Positions 19,183-28,549 are shown, counted from the first letter of the stretch. The stretch: DNA of 32,998 bases from a virus (IMGVR_UViG_3300005512_000183:1-32998), one strand, 5' to 3'. Numbers and translations: made by a program. The notes: a model not told the origin generated them from the letters alone.

Positions 19183-22100
19183 CATCTTTGTCAAAGGTAT
19201 TCGTAGTTTCATCGAATGAATCTCCCAATCCATCAAAAGTAGATGAGAGAATTCCATATTCCGTGTTAAATGTTATGTTGTTTGAATCAAATCTGATTTC
19301 ATCAATTCTACTAAACTTAATTGGTAGAGTTCCATCTGGTGTAGCTCTATCGAATGTATGTTCAGTAGCATCAAATCCAACATCATTTTCATCAAACTTC
19401 TTCAGTTCATAATCTTGTTCGTTTCCAGATGCAACATCAAATGATACAGTAGATTGATCGAAACCTACACCGAATGTTCCACTCTGATCAAACGATGTTG
19501 TAAATCTTCCTTCTGTATCTCTATCAATTCCAACACCAGCAGTTTCATCAAATGCATTGATGCCGTCATCAAATGTGATGTAGTCATTATCAAATGCATT
19601 AATCAAACCACCACGAGATATAATACTAATCTGTGAAGGTGGTGGAACATTGATACGAGTTGCATATGCCGTATCTGGTATATTTAGTTCTTCTCCTTGA
19701 AGGTATCCAGAACCAATAGCAGTAGCTGTTTCCAATACAATTTTATCACCGTCACCATCTAGTCCATCATCCTGTCTTAAATAGAAATAATCTGATACAG
19801 ACTTGATTGTTATATGACCAAACTGATCAATAGTATATTGATCGGAAGTGAAATTTCTTCCTGTCTTAGTTCTTCTTCCAGCTGGATCAAGATAGTTTGA
19901 AGCAATTTCGTCTGTCAATATTGGTTGAACAGCAAAAGCATATATTGGAAGATTTGCAAGAGAGGTGTGTCCTGTCCAATGCGAACCTCTTCCCACATTC
20001 ATTTTAACAGTAACAGTTTGTGTTAATGTTAAATCTCTCTCTGAACTATCTAAGTCTTCAATATTATTAACACCAACCTTTGGACTTGCATTAAGAGCCT
20101 TCTGCGTAGATGTGGCCAACCTTCTTCCAAAGATTGTGGTGAAGATGTTCGTAAATGTAGATGCAAGTTCTGGAGTGAATGTATCTGGTGAACCACTATC
20201 ACCAACACTACCAGCAGCAGGAACTTGAATTGCAGCACTTACTTGTGATGCAAAAGAAACTTCACCAAAGACATTCCAACCAGCTGGATGAACAGACCTA
20301 CGAATAGATTCTCTCCATTGGTTGATTGATTCACCAATACGAACAACATAAGAGTAATCTTGATAATAGAAACTATCTTGAATTCTCATCGTGTCAACCG
20401 ACACCTTACCTTTGTCAGATACAAATCCAGCAACAGTATTTCCAATAATACCGATTGTTGAAACTCCTCTAGCAGTATCAGATTGTCTAATCGTTGCAGT
20501 AGCTCCAGTTGCAGAAGTAATAATATCACCATCATTGTAGATGACATCAGACTGAAGTTCTAGAATGTTTGTATTTGAATCAAAAGATATGACTGTTGCT
20601 TGATGAGATGTTAGAGTATCTCCAGCGATGAAACTTCCTGTTACATTTGTAATGAGAACATTCTTATTAAATGTAAGTGTTGGTGCAGTATTGTAATCTA
20701 AACCAAAATTAGAAATACTGATTCCTTCAACATGACCAATTCTTGGTTCAATTATAGAAGAACCAAATAGACTTGCGCTACTTCCTGTGCTTGAAGTAAC
20801 TGTGATGGTTGGAAGTTTAGTGAAACCATTGCCAGGGTTTATAATTCTAACAGAAGTAATCTCACCAATCTCTGAAGAAACTCCTAAGTCATTAAAGGTT
20901 TCTTCTTCAATTATAATATTACTACCATCTTCTAATATTAAATAGTCATCATCACCAATTGTTGTTTCTTGATGAAGGAACAAAGCATCTTCAGTAATGA
21001 TTGGATCATTATCTTCAGTAATAAAATGATCTGGAGAAGTAATACCTTCTAAAACAAATGCCCCGCCAACAATAGCGATTTCGGCCGAAACGTCAGAACC
21101 ACCAGTATCAGTAGTATTAAACAGAATAGTATCACCAATAGTATATCCACTACCACCATTTTCAATAATAATTTTATCTACTGAACCAGTTCCAGCAGAT
21201 TCTACTTTAGCAACAGCAGCATCATTACCGCCAGAACCAACAACAATGTTATCACCAGTTCTATAGTATGCTCCACCAGAAGTTACTGTAGCAGAAGTAA
21301 GAATACTTTTTACAGTAGCAGAAATTTCTAAATCAAGTTCCACATCTGTTGTGGTGATTGTTTCCCCACTAGCAAATGTTCCAGTTATTGAATCAGTATC
21401 TAGGTTTAGTTCTGCAATTTGAACTGCACCCTCTCTAAACTTAATAACTGTTCCAATAAGTGCTGTTGCACCAGAAGTTGAACCAGTAATTCTTTGTCCA
21501 ATAGCTTTATTGAAATCAGATGTAGAAGATTCAACAACACGCATAATTGAATCTCTAGACCATTGACCATCAGATGGACGAAGAAGATTGTCTCTAGGGT
21601 AAACGATTGTTGGTTCTTCATTGAAAAGAATTCTAAAGAATAGTTTGTGTCCGTCTGCTGTTCCTTTTGCAGAATACATATCCTTAATATTCTTTATAAG
21701 TTTTCTTTTTGCAAGTCCATCAGCAAGTGTGCTTGGAAGAGACTCCATAAAAGAATCTCTAAACTTATCTAAGAATGCATAGACAGTATTATCAACATCA
21801 GCATATGCAAGAAGTTGTTGAATGTTTTGAACAGGGTTTGCACGATAAGACACAACCGTTGTGGTTGCACCAGAAGTATTACCAGTTACCGTTTCACCAT
21901 TTTGAAATCTTTGTTGAGAAGAGATGAATAATCTTTTATTATCATCAAAGTCGTCTACTAGAATTTTGGCTGTAGCGCCAGAGGTTGCACCAGTAATAGT
22001 TTCACCAGCAACAAACTTACCAACCGAATCTTCAAGGACAACTCTTTCTGAATCTTCATCAGTAATATAGTTTATACTAATCGTTTCTTCAATGAGATAA

Positions 22101-22261
22101 TTATTAGAACCAGATACAACTAGTTCACCAGCCTCAAGAAACTCATAATAGTATTTGAGAAAGAGTGGAAATAAAGGATGATCAGACTGCACAAATTCAG
22201 GCAGTTGATTCTGAATATGTGGAGATACTTTATTTTTTAATGTTGGTTCATGTCCAGACAT
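19178..22261 (-). CDS. gp7: Baseplate wedge initiator gp7
   Basis: QLPEFV..FLKYYYEFLE, IKDMYSAKGT, QDSFYYQDYSYV..VHPAGW motifs; synteny between gp6 and gp8. Confidence 0.85.
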   Translation of the reverse strand: MSGHEPTLKNKVSPHIQNQLPEFVQSDHPLFPLFLKYYYEFLEAGELVVSGSNNYLIEETISINYITDEDSERVVLEDSVGKFVAGETITGATSGATAKILVDDFDDNKRLFISSQQRFQNGETVTGNTSGATTTVVSYRANPVQNIQQLLAYADVDNTVYAFLDKFRDSFMESLPSTLADGLAKRKLIKNIKDMYSAKGTADGHKLFFRILFNEEPTIVYPRDNLLRPSDGQWSRDSIMRVVESSTSDFNKAIGQRITGSTSGATALIGTVIKFREGAVQIAELNLDTDSITGTFASGETITTTDVELDLEISATVKSILTSATVTSGGAYYRTGDNIVVGSGGNDAAVAKVESAGTGSVDKIIIENGGSGYTIGDTILFNTTDTGGSDVSAEIAIVGGAFVLEGITSPDHFITEDNDPIITEDALFLHQETTIGDDDYLILEDGSNIIIEEETFNDLGVSSEIGEITSVRIINPGNGFTKLPTITVTSSTGSSASLFGSSIIEPRIGHVEGISISNFGLDYNTAPTLTFNKNVLITNVTGSFIAGDTLTSHQATVISFDSNTNILELQSDVIYNDGDIITSATGATATIRQSDTARGVSTIGIIGNTVAGFVSDKGKVSVDTMRIQDSFYYQDYSYVVRIGESINQWRESIRRSVHPAGWNVFGEVSFASQVSAAIQVPAAGSVGDSGSPDTFTPELASTFTNIFTTIFGRRLATSTQKALNASPKVGVNNIEDLDSSERDLTLTQTVTVKMNVGRGSHWTGHTSLANLPIYAFAVQPILTDEIASNYLDPAGRRTKTGRNFTSDQYTIDQFGHITIKSVSDYFYLRQDDGLDGDGDKIVLETATAIGSGYLQGEELNIPDTAYATRINVPPPSQISIISRGGLINAFDNDYITFDDGINAFDETAGVGIDRDTEGRFTTSFDQSGTFGVGFDQSTVSFDVASGNEQDYELKKFDENDVGFDATEHTFDRATPDGTLPIKFSRIDEIRFDSNNITFNTEYGILSSTFDGLGDSFDETTNTFDKDV

Positions 22262-22272
22262 TCAAACTTACC

Positions 22273-24114
22273 TTAATATGAAGATGCGGTATTATAACCA
22301 GTTCCAGCAGAAGAGCCACCAGATTCGATAGTATCATTTTCTCCAGTAATATTACTGTTAGTCAAATCAATATTCAACAACTGGTTTCTTACTGGAACAA
22401 CATCATTTGAACGAGGTTGAACTATAATTGTAATTGTTCCGTCAGAGTTAGAAACCCCTGTAGGGTTGAGGGATGGAATAGTAATTGTTCCAGTAACATA
22501 ATCAATAGTTCCGATATTATTATTTACATATGTTCTTGTTGTTCCAGCTTCAAAATAGTAGGAACGAATGTTTCCATTACCATCATCATCCAGATAGATT
22601 GTGTTTGTGTTTCCACTAATAGTAAATCCAGTTGAAGACACAATACCACCAAACATAGCATTGTGACCAGCGTGTGGATTATATAATCTATTAGAGAAGT
22701 TAATAATATACTGATTGGTAGCATTAAGTGTTGGAGTAAAGTTCTTTGAAATTCTAACAGATGTAATATTAGACAAAACAGCTGTGTCACTATTATCAAT
22801 CAAACGAGACAACTTGGAATATCTAAACACACCGTCAAACTTAGACAAGTCTGAAGTATTATACGATGTAATAGTATTTCTTACAATCGTTTCTAGATCG
22901 GATGCAGACTTTGTTGTAATATTAGAACTATATTTAAAGTTTACAGTCAATCTTATATTAGTAGTTTCTGGATCAATAATAGTTGGTCGAACAGATGCAA
23001 TATTATATTTGTCTAGTAATGCAGCAATGTTTAACTTTTGTGCTTGTGTTAGATTAATTCCAGATTTTGTTTTGAGAGAAATATATACTTGTCCATATCT
23101 AGGCGGATCATTATCTTCACCACCCCACACTTGAACGGCTTCTGCATCAGCATAAACTTGAGGAACAATTGTTTTGTAATCCTCTGTAGTAACAGCTCTT
23201 CCTTGTGAAGAATAATCTAGCGGAGCATTATATTTAATTGATTCGATTGTCTCTGGTTCTGCACCGCCAGTTGCGGTCAATATAGTTGTAGTGGTGTAAT
23301 TTGAAACTGCACCAAAAGAAGAACCACTAAATGATGAAGCACCATTTGCAGCAGTTTTATTTGTAACAATATATTCTAGGATTACAATGTTTCCATCAGT
23401 GGGTTTTTTACCAACAACATCATCACCAAAGTAAACCTCAAACTTACCGTCTTCAATCTCTTGTAAGAAGTAAACCTTTGATATAGCATTAACTTGTGTA
23501 ATGTCGGTTGCAAGAGTGTATACTTCTGTTGTTGAATCTGCAGCTGATGTTTGAATAGAAACCTTTAGAGTTGTTGTATCAGCACGATTGTCTGTTATCA
23601 CATATCTCTTCTCTATATTGTTGCTGTCAACTGTATACTTTGCAGTGACAAGAGTTCCTTCATAGATAGGAACATTCTGAAATCTTACAACATCATTCGT
23701 TTTAATAGTTGTTATATCAGCATTAACAACAAACCCATATGTAGTTCCATCTACTTGTGTTGTAAACTTAGTTCCCTTTGGTAGAGTTACCGAACCTAGA
23801 TTAGTCGTATCATTTACAAATAAATCGACATATGCAATAGGAGCTCTAGCAGAACGAGGAGTATAACCCAAAGTCTTTGCGTGAGAGACTACCGAAGAAC
23901 GAAGGGTTGCAGAATCCAAAAACGCCTCATTTAATGCCATGTTGGCATTCATAGCAAGGTAATGAGTGTTATATGCAAGCATATCAATGAGAACAGAAAG
24001 TCCAGAACCCTCAAAGTCATAGTCAGTAAACTCTGTCTGGTTTTTCATATATTTTTTTAGATTAGTTTTGATGTCATCGAAATCTAGTTCTGTGACTTGA
24101 AGTTTTGTTGCCAT
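22273..24114 (-). CDS. gp6: Baseplate wedge subunit gp6
   Basis: ELDFDDIK..FTDYDFEGSGLS..LAYNTHY..EAFLDSA.LRSSVVSHAK.LGY.PRS; QGRAVT.EDY. Confidence 0.95.
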   Translation of the reverse strand: MATKLQVTELDFDDIKTNLKKYMKNQTEFTDYDFEGSGLSVLIDMLAYNTHYLAMNANMALNEAFLDSATLRSSVVSHAKTLGYTPRSARAPIAYVDLFVNDTTNLGSVTLPKGTKFTTQVDGTTYGFVVNADITTIKTNDVVRFQNVPIYEGTLVTAKYTVDSNNIEKRYVITDNRADTTTLKVSIQTSAADSTTEVYTLATDITQVNAISKVYFLQEIEDGKFEVYFGDDVVGKKPTDGNIVILEYIVTNKTAANGASSFSGSSFGAVSNYTTTTILTATGGAEPETIESIKYNAPLDYSSQGRAVTTEDYKTIVPQVYADAEAVQVWGGEDNDPPRYGQVYISLKTKSGINLTQAQKLNIAALLDKYNIASVRPTIIDPETTNIRLTVNFKYSSNITTKSASDLETIVRNTITSYNTSDLSKFDGVFRYSKLSRLIDNSDTAVLSNITSVRISKNFTPTLNATNQYIINFSNRLYNPHAGHNAMFGGIVSSTGFTISGNTNTIYLDDDGNGNIRSYYFEAGTTRTYVNNNIGTIDYVTGTITIPSLNPTGVSNSDGTITIIVQPRSNDVVPVRNQLLNIDLTNSNITGENDTIESGGSSAGTGYNTASSY

Positions 24115-24555
24115 TTATCTTAGTCTCTCTAAAAATAAGTTTACAGTCTGCAATCCATCTGGAGAGTTCCGTAAGTAAAATTCTATAACCAAATCATAAG
24201 CATTTGAATCTGGTGTTGCGATACTAGTAACATTGATGAGTTCAGCTCTTGGTTCAAAGTTATTAATTACATCTTCTACTTTTCTTTTAAGAACATCAGC
24301 AACAATTGGTGTCACTGGTTCAAAGAGAATTCTACGAATGTCTGAACCGATCTCTGGATGAAAAGGTCTTTCATAAAAGTTTGTGTTGATCAAGTTGCGA
24401 ACACTACGCTTAACTGCCTCTGCATCAGTCAACTTACTAATGTCTTTAGTTACAGGATGCTTAGAAAAGTTCAGATTAAAATCTTTATAGATCTGAGAAC
24501 TTCTACTCTCGTTAGTAGCTTCAGCGTCCTTGAATGCAGATGGATTAACAGCCAT
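24115..24555 (-). CDS. gp25: Baseplate protein gp25
   Basis: YKDFNLNF..AVKRSVRNLI.TN.YERPFHPEIGS..FEPRA. Confidence 0.95.
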   Translation of the reverse strand: MAVNPSAFKDAEATNESRSSQIYKDFNLNFSKHPVTKDISKLTDAEAVKRSVRNLINTNFYERPFHPEIGSDIRRILFEPVTPIVADVLKRKVEDVINNFEPRAELINVTSIATPDSNAYDLVIEFYLRNSPDGLQTVNLFLERLR

Positions 24556-24572
24556 TTATTATCTCCTCAATC

Positions 24573-24580
24573 TATTTATA
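24573..24580 (-). promoter_or_regulatory. T4-type late promoter TATAAATA
   Basis: Exact consensus followed by GAGGAG RBS and the gp25 ATG. Confidence 0.85.
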
Positions 24581-24587
24581 ACGAAAA

Positions 24588-24998
24588 TCAAAGATTGTGA
24601 AACTCTCTATTCTTGATATGTTGTTCTTCAATCTCTTCTTTCGATTGTCCATAGTAAGGAACAGCATGACGCTTTTCAACCATGTAATCATTGATTGATT
24701 TATCTGCATAGTCTGTGGTTCTCCACAACTCGCCTAGAATTCTACCAAACTTACCCTCTGCATCCTTATGTGTTTTAAGAACAACTCCACCATCATCATC
24801 TAGCATTTGTGTGATGAATTCTTTTGCAGCAAGTCCATACTTCTTTTCTTCCAAATCTCTGGTGCGACTTTCTGGTGTGTCGATACCATAAAGACGAATG
24901 CGTTCTTTCTTTAACCAAACACCAAACCCTAAGTCAATATCTACATCAACCGTATCGCCGTCCACAATATGAACTACTTTACATCTATACTCATACAT
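24588..24998 (-). CDS. Thermonuclease (SNase)-like nuclease
   Basis: VDGDTVD..RIRLYGIDTPE..GKFGRILG catalytic motifs. Confidence 0.9.
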   Translation of the reverse strand: MYEYRCKVVHIVDGDTVDVDIDLGFGVWLKKERIRLYGIDTPESRTRDLEEKKYGLAAKEFITQMLDDDGGVVLKTHKDAEGKFGRILGELWRTTDYADKSINDYMVEKRHAVPYYGQSKEEIEEQHIKNREFHNL

Positions 24999-25000
24999 TG

Positions 25001-25291
25001 TTATCCTCCAGCGAATACATTAGGAGAACCAGCGGCAACTGAAGTGCAACCACTAATACCATCTCCTACTCTTCCCGCTCCTTTTCCATTTACTTTTACT
25101 GTTGAAGAACCAGAAGCGATAGGTGCAGAATGAGATGGACAAGGAACTCCTGGCAAAAGGTGTCCAGTATTATTATCTCCTTGTCTACTCCAAGGTATTC
25201 CGTTTACAAATACATTCGGACTTCCAGCTGCTCTTGTCATTCCAGAGCAGTGTGCTACATCTGCATCTCCTATTCTAGTTGCTGCCGGCAT
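25001..25291 (-). CDS. PAAR spike-tip protein (gp5.4-like)
   Basis: PAATRIGD / PWSRQGD / GAGRVGD repeats, His/Cys metal ligands, GSPNVF. Confidence 0.95.
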   Translation of the reverse strand: MPAATRIGDADVAHCSGMTRAAGSPNVFVNGIPWSRQGDNNTGHLLPGVPCPSHSAPIASGSSTVKVNGKGAGRVGDGISGCTSVAAGSPNVFAGG

Positions 25292-25487
25292 ATTTTCTTT
25301 CTCTCTTCATTAGTTCTTGTAACTTATCGTTATATGATTCCATGATCTCATGTTCTTCTTCCGTATGAGGATCTGGAATAATTGCTGGTTCAAATCTTAT
25401 AAGATTATCAAACTCCATAGGAATGTCATTCCAATCATGGAACTCCATATAACTTACACCTTCTCTTATTAAATATAAACCTTTCAT
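25275..25487 (-). CDS. Conserved small protein between gp5 and PAAR
   Basis: 70 aa; DIP..FDNLIRFEP..PDPHTEEEHE; AAGGA RBS; overlaps the PAAR start. Confidence 0.7.
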   Translation of the reverse strand: MKGLYLIREGVSYMEFHDWNDIPMEFDNLIRFEPAIIPDPHTEEEHEIMESYNDKLQELMKRERKYAGSN

Positions 25488-25496
25488 AATCGTTCC

Positions 25497-27431
25497 TTAT
25501 GCCAATTGATAAAACTTACCGTAGTCTCTATATCTACTGTGATTCCAGAATGTAGCAATCTCAGTTCTGTTTCCAGAATCTTTACAAGATAGATGTATCC
25601 ATGGCAGTCCTGTTCCTGTGTTTTTAAATTCTAATAGTAACTGATCGTGTGGAACATTTGCTCTAATCCACTGTGCAATTTCATAATACTCAGACTTACT
25701 TACTCCAGTAAATTGCATATCAGCTGCCTGTCCTCTTTCATGCTGAGACGTTCCTCTGGCTGGACGGAATGCATTAGTGACAAACATATTTGGATATTGA
25801 TTCTTGATAGGATCAAGAGCATGAACCGCAAGTGTTTTAAGGTTATCAATAATTTTCTGTTGCGTCAAACCATGTTGTCCACCAGTAGGTATTGCAGTCT
25901 TAGAAACAACTGAATACTTAGATAGTTGTCCAAGATTAAAGTGAGTAGACAATTGAAGATTGTAGTTCACTCCACCAATATAGTCACCGTTTGCATCATA
26001 GTTTTCTGGTGGCGATTCTTCTAGTGAAGAAGAAGCAGAAGATGCTTCTGGTTCTGCAACATAGGTATTCTCTTGAGTATTATGTTCACCAACTTCATCT
26101 GGAAGTCTTGGTTGTGCGGTTAGTCTTCTTGTTGCAGCGGTAGCATTAATTGAACCATTGATAGAATTGTATGAGTAATCGGCAAAAGAAGTTGGACGAA
26201 TTTGACCAGACTGAACTGCAGCAGCAATTTCCTCTGCGGTTTTTTCAACATCATCTCCAGCAAAGAATGCTCCGTCATCTGGTAAGTCTACAAATACTTT
26301 AGCGTCTAGAACCTCTGCTTCTTTTGGTGCATCAATTGTTTCTGCAAATCCATCTGTATCATATTCATCCTCTTGAATAGACCATGCCTTGATACCAGAA
26401 GCAAGAGTCCCACTATCTAGATAAACCATTGCGGGCGCAATCTTTACATCCGCTGTAGAGCGAGGAACGATAGGAGATATAGTTACCGCCTGTCTTCCAT
26501 TCGTATTCAAATCAATAGTTGGGCCGTCAAGGTTCATTGCACCACCAGAACCAGCATTGAATGCAGCTGCGGTATCTAGTTTCATTGCACCAGTAGATGC
26601 GTGAGTATATGTTCCTTCTGTGTTCAGAGCAACATTACCAGTAATATTTGTTGATAGTGTTCCAGCGATTTCTTTAAGAACGTCACCATCAACAACCGTA
26701 TCTTGATTACCTCTTACCACTGTGTTGAAGTTTGCGTTAGTAATGATCTGCATATCTGCGTCAGATTGTTGTAAGAACTTTCCAACAGAGATTTGAGACA
26801 TAGTTGTTTGTGCTGTCATCTCAATAGATTGATTTGCAAACATACGAATATTTTGTCCAGCATGGAAATCAATATTCTTTCCAACATTGAACTTTAAGTT
26901 CTCATCTATCTGTCCATACATATTTCCACGAACATATAGATTAGTATCTCCATCAACATACACATTAACATTACCACGAACACGAACCTGTTTGTTTTTG
27001 TGAACAATCTCATAGTCCTCACCAACAATCTTAGTTACCTTTGTTCCGTCTGGATGAATCTCATAAAATGTGCCTGCACGATGATACTCATGTATTCTTT
27101 CAAATCCTGGCGTATCATCAAACTCTTGAATGTGCCCACTCTCAGTTTCCCTTACATGATTGAATGGATACTTTGGATTAGCAGGACTTTTAGGCTCTCC
27201 TGTCAAATCATCTACCGCACCCTGTTTTGCTTTAATAACAGGATGCTGATTCGTTGCGTCATTTACCGCAAGTCTATTTGTGTCTACCTCATTAACCCTA
27301 CGAGGATAGAATGAGTTAGGATCGGAAAACCCCTGTAGACTATTTTCCGTAGATACAATAATTTCAATTTCGTCTGTCGCAGCTGGTGGGGTATCAAATA
27401 CGATTCTATTTGCTTCTATAGTATATGCCAT
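25497..27431 (-). CDS. gp5: gp5 C-terminal part (beta-helix spike) fused to an M15A-type Zn peptidase
   Basis: YPFNHVRETESGHIQEFDDTPGFERIHEYHRAGTFYEIHPDG (gp5), 8-aa V.G repeats; C-terminal FR..SQHERGQAAD..WIHLS. Confidence 0.9.
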   Translation of the reverse strand: MAYTIEANRIVFDTPPAATDEIEIIVSTENSLQGFSDPNSFYPRRVNEVDTNRLAVNDATNQHPVIKAKQGAVDDLTGEPKSPANPKYPFNHVRETESGHIQEFDDTPGFERIHEYHRAGTFYEIHPDGTKVTKIVGEDYEIVHKNKQVRVRGNVNVYVDGDTNLYVRGNMYGQIDENLKFNVGKNIDFHAGQNIRMFANQSIEMTAQTTMSQISVGKFLQQSDADMQIITNANFNTVVRGNQDTVVDGDVLKEIAGTLSTNITGNVALNTEGTYTHASTGAMKLDTAAAFNAGSGGAMNLDGPTIDLNTNGRQAVTISPIVPRSTADVKIAPAMVYLDSGTLASGIKAWSIQEDEYDTDGFAETIDAPKEAEVLDAKVFVDLPDDGAFFAGDDVEKTAEEIAAAVQSGQIRPTSFADYSYNSINGSINATAATRRLTAQPRLPDEVGEHNTQENTYVAEPEASSASSSLEESPPENYDANGDYIGGVNYNLQLSTHFNLGQLSKYSVVSKTAIPTGGQHGLTQQKIIDNLKTLAVHALDPIKNQYPNMFVTNAFRPARGTSQHERGQAADMQFTGVSKSEYYEIAQWIRANVPHDQLLLEFKNTGTGLPWIHLSCKDSGNRTEIATFWNHSRYRDYGKFYQLA

Positions 27432-28489
27432 TATGCAATCCCTTTTTCTGCAGCGTATTCTGCAAGAGTAACAGTTCCGTTCTTTAATTTAGCGGGCGGT
27501 GATTTACCAAATGCTGCTGGGTAGAAGTGTCCACTGTCATTATCAATTTCATTTTCCAAACCATATGGAGCAAACGCTGCTCGTGCGACACCAGTGTAGT
27601 TAGATGTTCCTCTACTACCATCATCGTATCTACCGTCAACATAAATTGTTAAATCAATAGCGGATGCGTAGTTATGCCAAGATGAACCAGGCCGTGCAGC
27701 CTTTGGGCCTCCTGCTTGATAGTTACGATAGAGTTCTCTTTGTTGTGCAATACTTCTATATGAAAATGCGATATTACAATCATATCCATTTTCTGAATTG
27801 TCTGCGATAAACTTTTTAACCCCATCTGCAAACTTTGATCTAACACTAGGAGCAATTTGATTAATCTTATTTGCAATGTTAGATGCAAACCTAGAACCAG
27901 AGAAATCATTTGCGGTATATGTTGTTCCACCACCATAATCATTTGTATCTGTTTCAACATTGTTTGGTGAAGATGGAGCTTGATTTGATGGTTGTTGAAC
28001 TTCACCATTAATCTTTACAAGAACAACTGCATCAGTTGTATCTGTTGGGGTCGAGAAGGAAGTTCTAGAACCGTCACCTTGAACCGTGACTGTGTTTATT
28101 TGTGGTGGTGGTAGAACTTGTTCGTCAGAATAATCAAATGGTGATTGTCCTTGCGGTGCTTGTGATGCAGTCTTTGTGCCAGGCAAAGTTCCCCATATCA
28201 TTGGTTCTTGCATATAATCTGGATCACGCCAGAAACCAACAACCCAAGTTCCCTCAATCGGGCCTGTAGGAGATGAACCAATACCACCAGAAGAAGCAGA
28301 GTTCGCTGGTTGAATACAAAATGCCCATGGCAAATCTCTAGTGGGAATCTTTGTCTTATCTTCTGTGTGGTGTCCGAACACACGAACACGAACACGACCT
28401 AATGCCTTAGGGTCGTTGCGATCTTCAACTACACCAATCCACCAAATGAATCCATCTCTTCCCAAAGAATATACATTGTTTTGCGCCAT
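27431..28489 (-). CDS. gp5: gp5 N-terminal OB-fold fused to an M15B/C-type peptidoglycan peptidase
   Basis: WWIGVVEDRNDP..LGRVRVRVFGHHT..LPWA..EGTWVVGFWRD (gp5 OB); YRS..QQ.ELY..ARPGSSWHNY..AIDL..DSGHF. Confidence 0.9.
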   Translation of the reverse strand: MAQNNVYSLGRDGFIWWIGVVEDRNDPKALGRVRVRVFGHHTEDKTKIPTRDLPWAFCIQPANSASSGGIGSSPTGPIEGTWVVGFWRDPDYMQEPMIWGTLPGTKTASQAPQGQSPFDYSDEQVLPPPQINTVTVQGDGSRTSFSTPTDTTDAVVLVKINGEVQQPSNQAPSSPNNVETDTNDYGGGTTYTANDFSGSRFASNIANKINQIAPSVRSKFADGVKKFIADNSENGYDCNIAFSYRSIAQQRELYRNYQAGGPKAARPGSSWHNYASAIDLTIYVDGRYDDGSRGTSNYTGVARAAFAPYGLENEIDNDSGHFYPAAFGKSPPAKLKNGTVTLAEYAAEKGIA

Positions 28490-28529
28490 AAAGAAAAACC
28501 CCTTTCCAGTATTTATACCGAAAAGGGGT
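28490..28529 (-). terminator. Rho-independent terminator ending the early operon
   Basis: ACCCCTTTTCGGTA-TAAA-TACTGGAAAGGGGT stem-loop running into TTTTCTTT. Confidence 0.8.
28510..28517 (-). promoter_or_regulatory. T4-type late promoter TATAAATA at the hairpin apex
   Basis: Exact consensus 20 nt upstream of the gp5 ATG. Confidence 0.85.
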
Positions 28530-28549
28530 CAGTTGAGAGAGAATGAAAC

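Noticed and set aside
27431-27490. Programmed -1 frameshift fusing the two gp5 ORFs
   Set aside because: No canonical X XXY YYZ slippery site near the stop; TAATG coupling plus an SD explains independent initiation, although a sequencing indel is not excluded
22273-28489. Bacterial T6SS or extracellular contractile injection system (PAAR, gp25, VgrG-like)
   Set aside because: T4-specific gp6/gp7/gp8, TATAAATA late promoters, uvsX and mazG indicate a lytic T4-like phage
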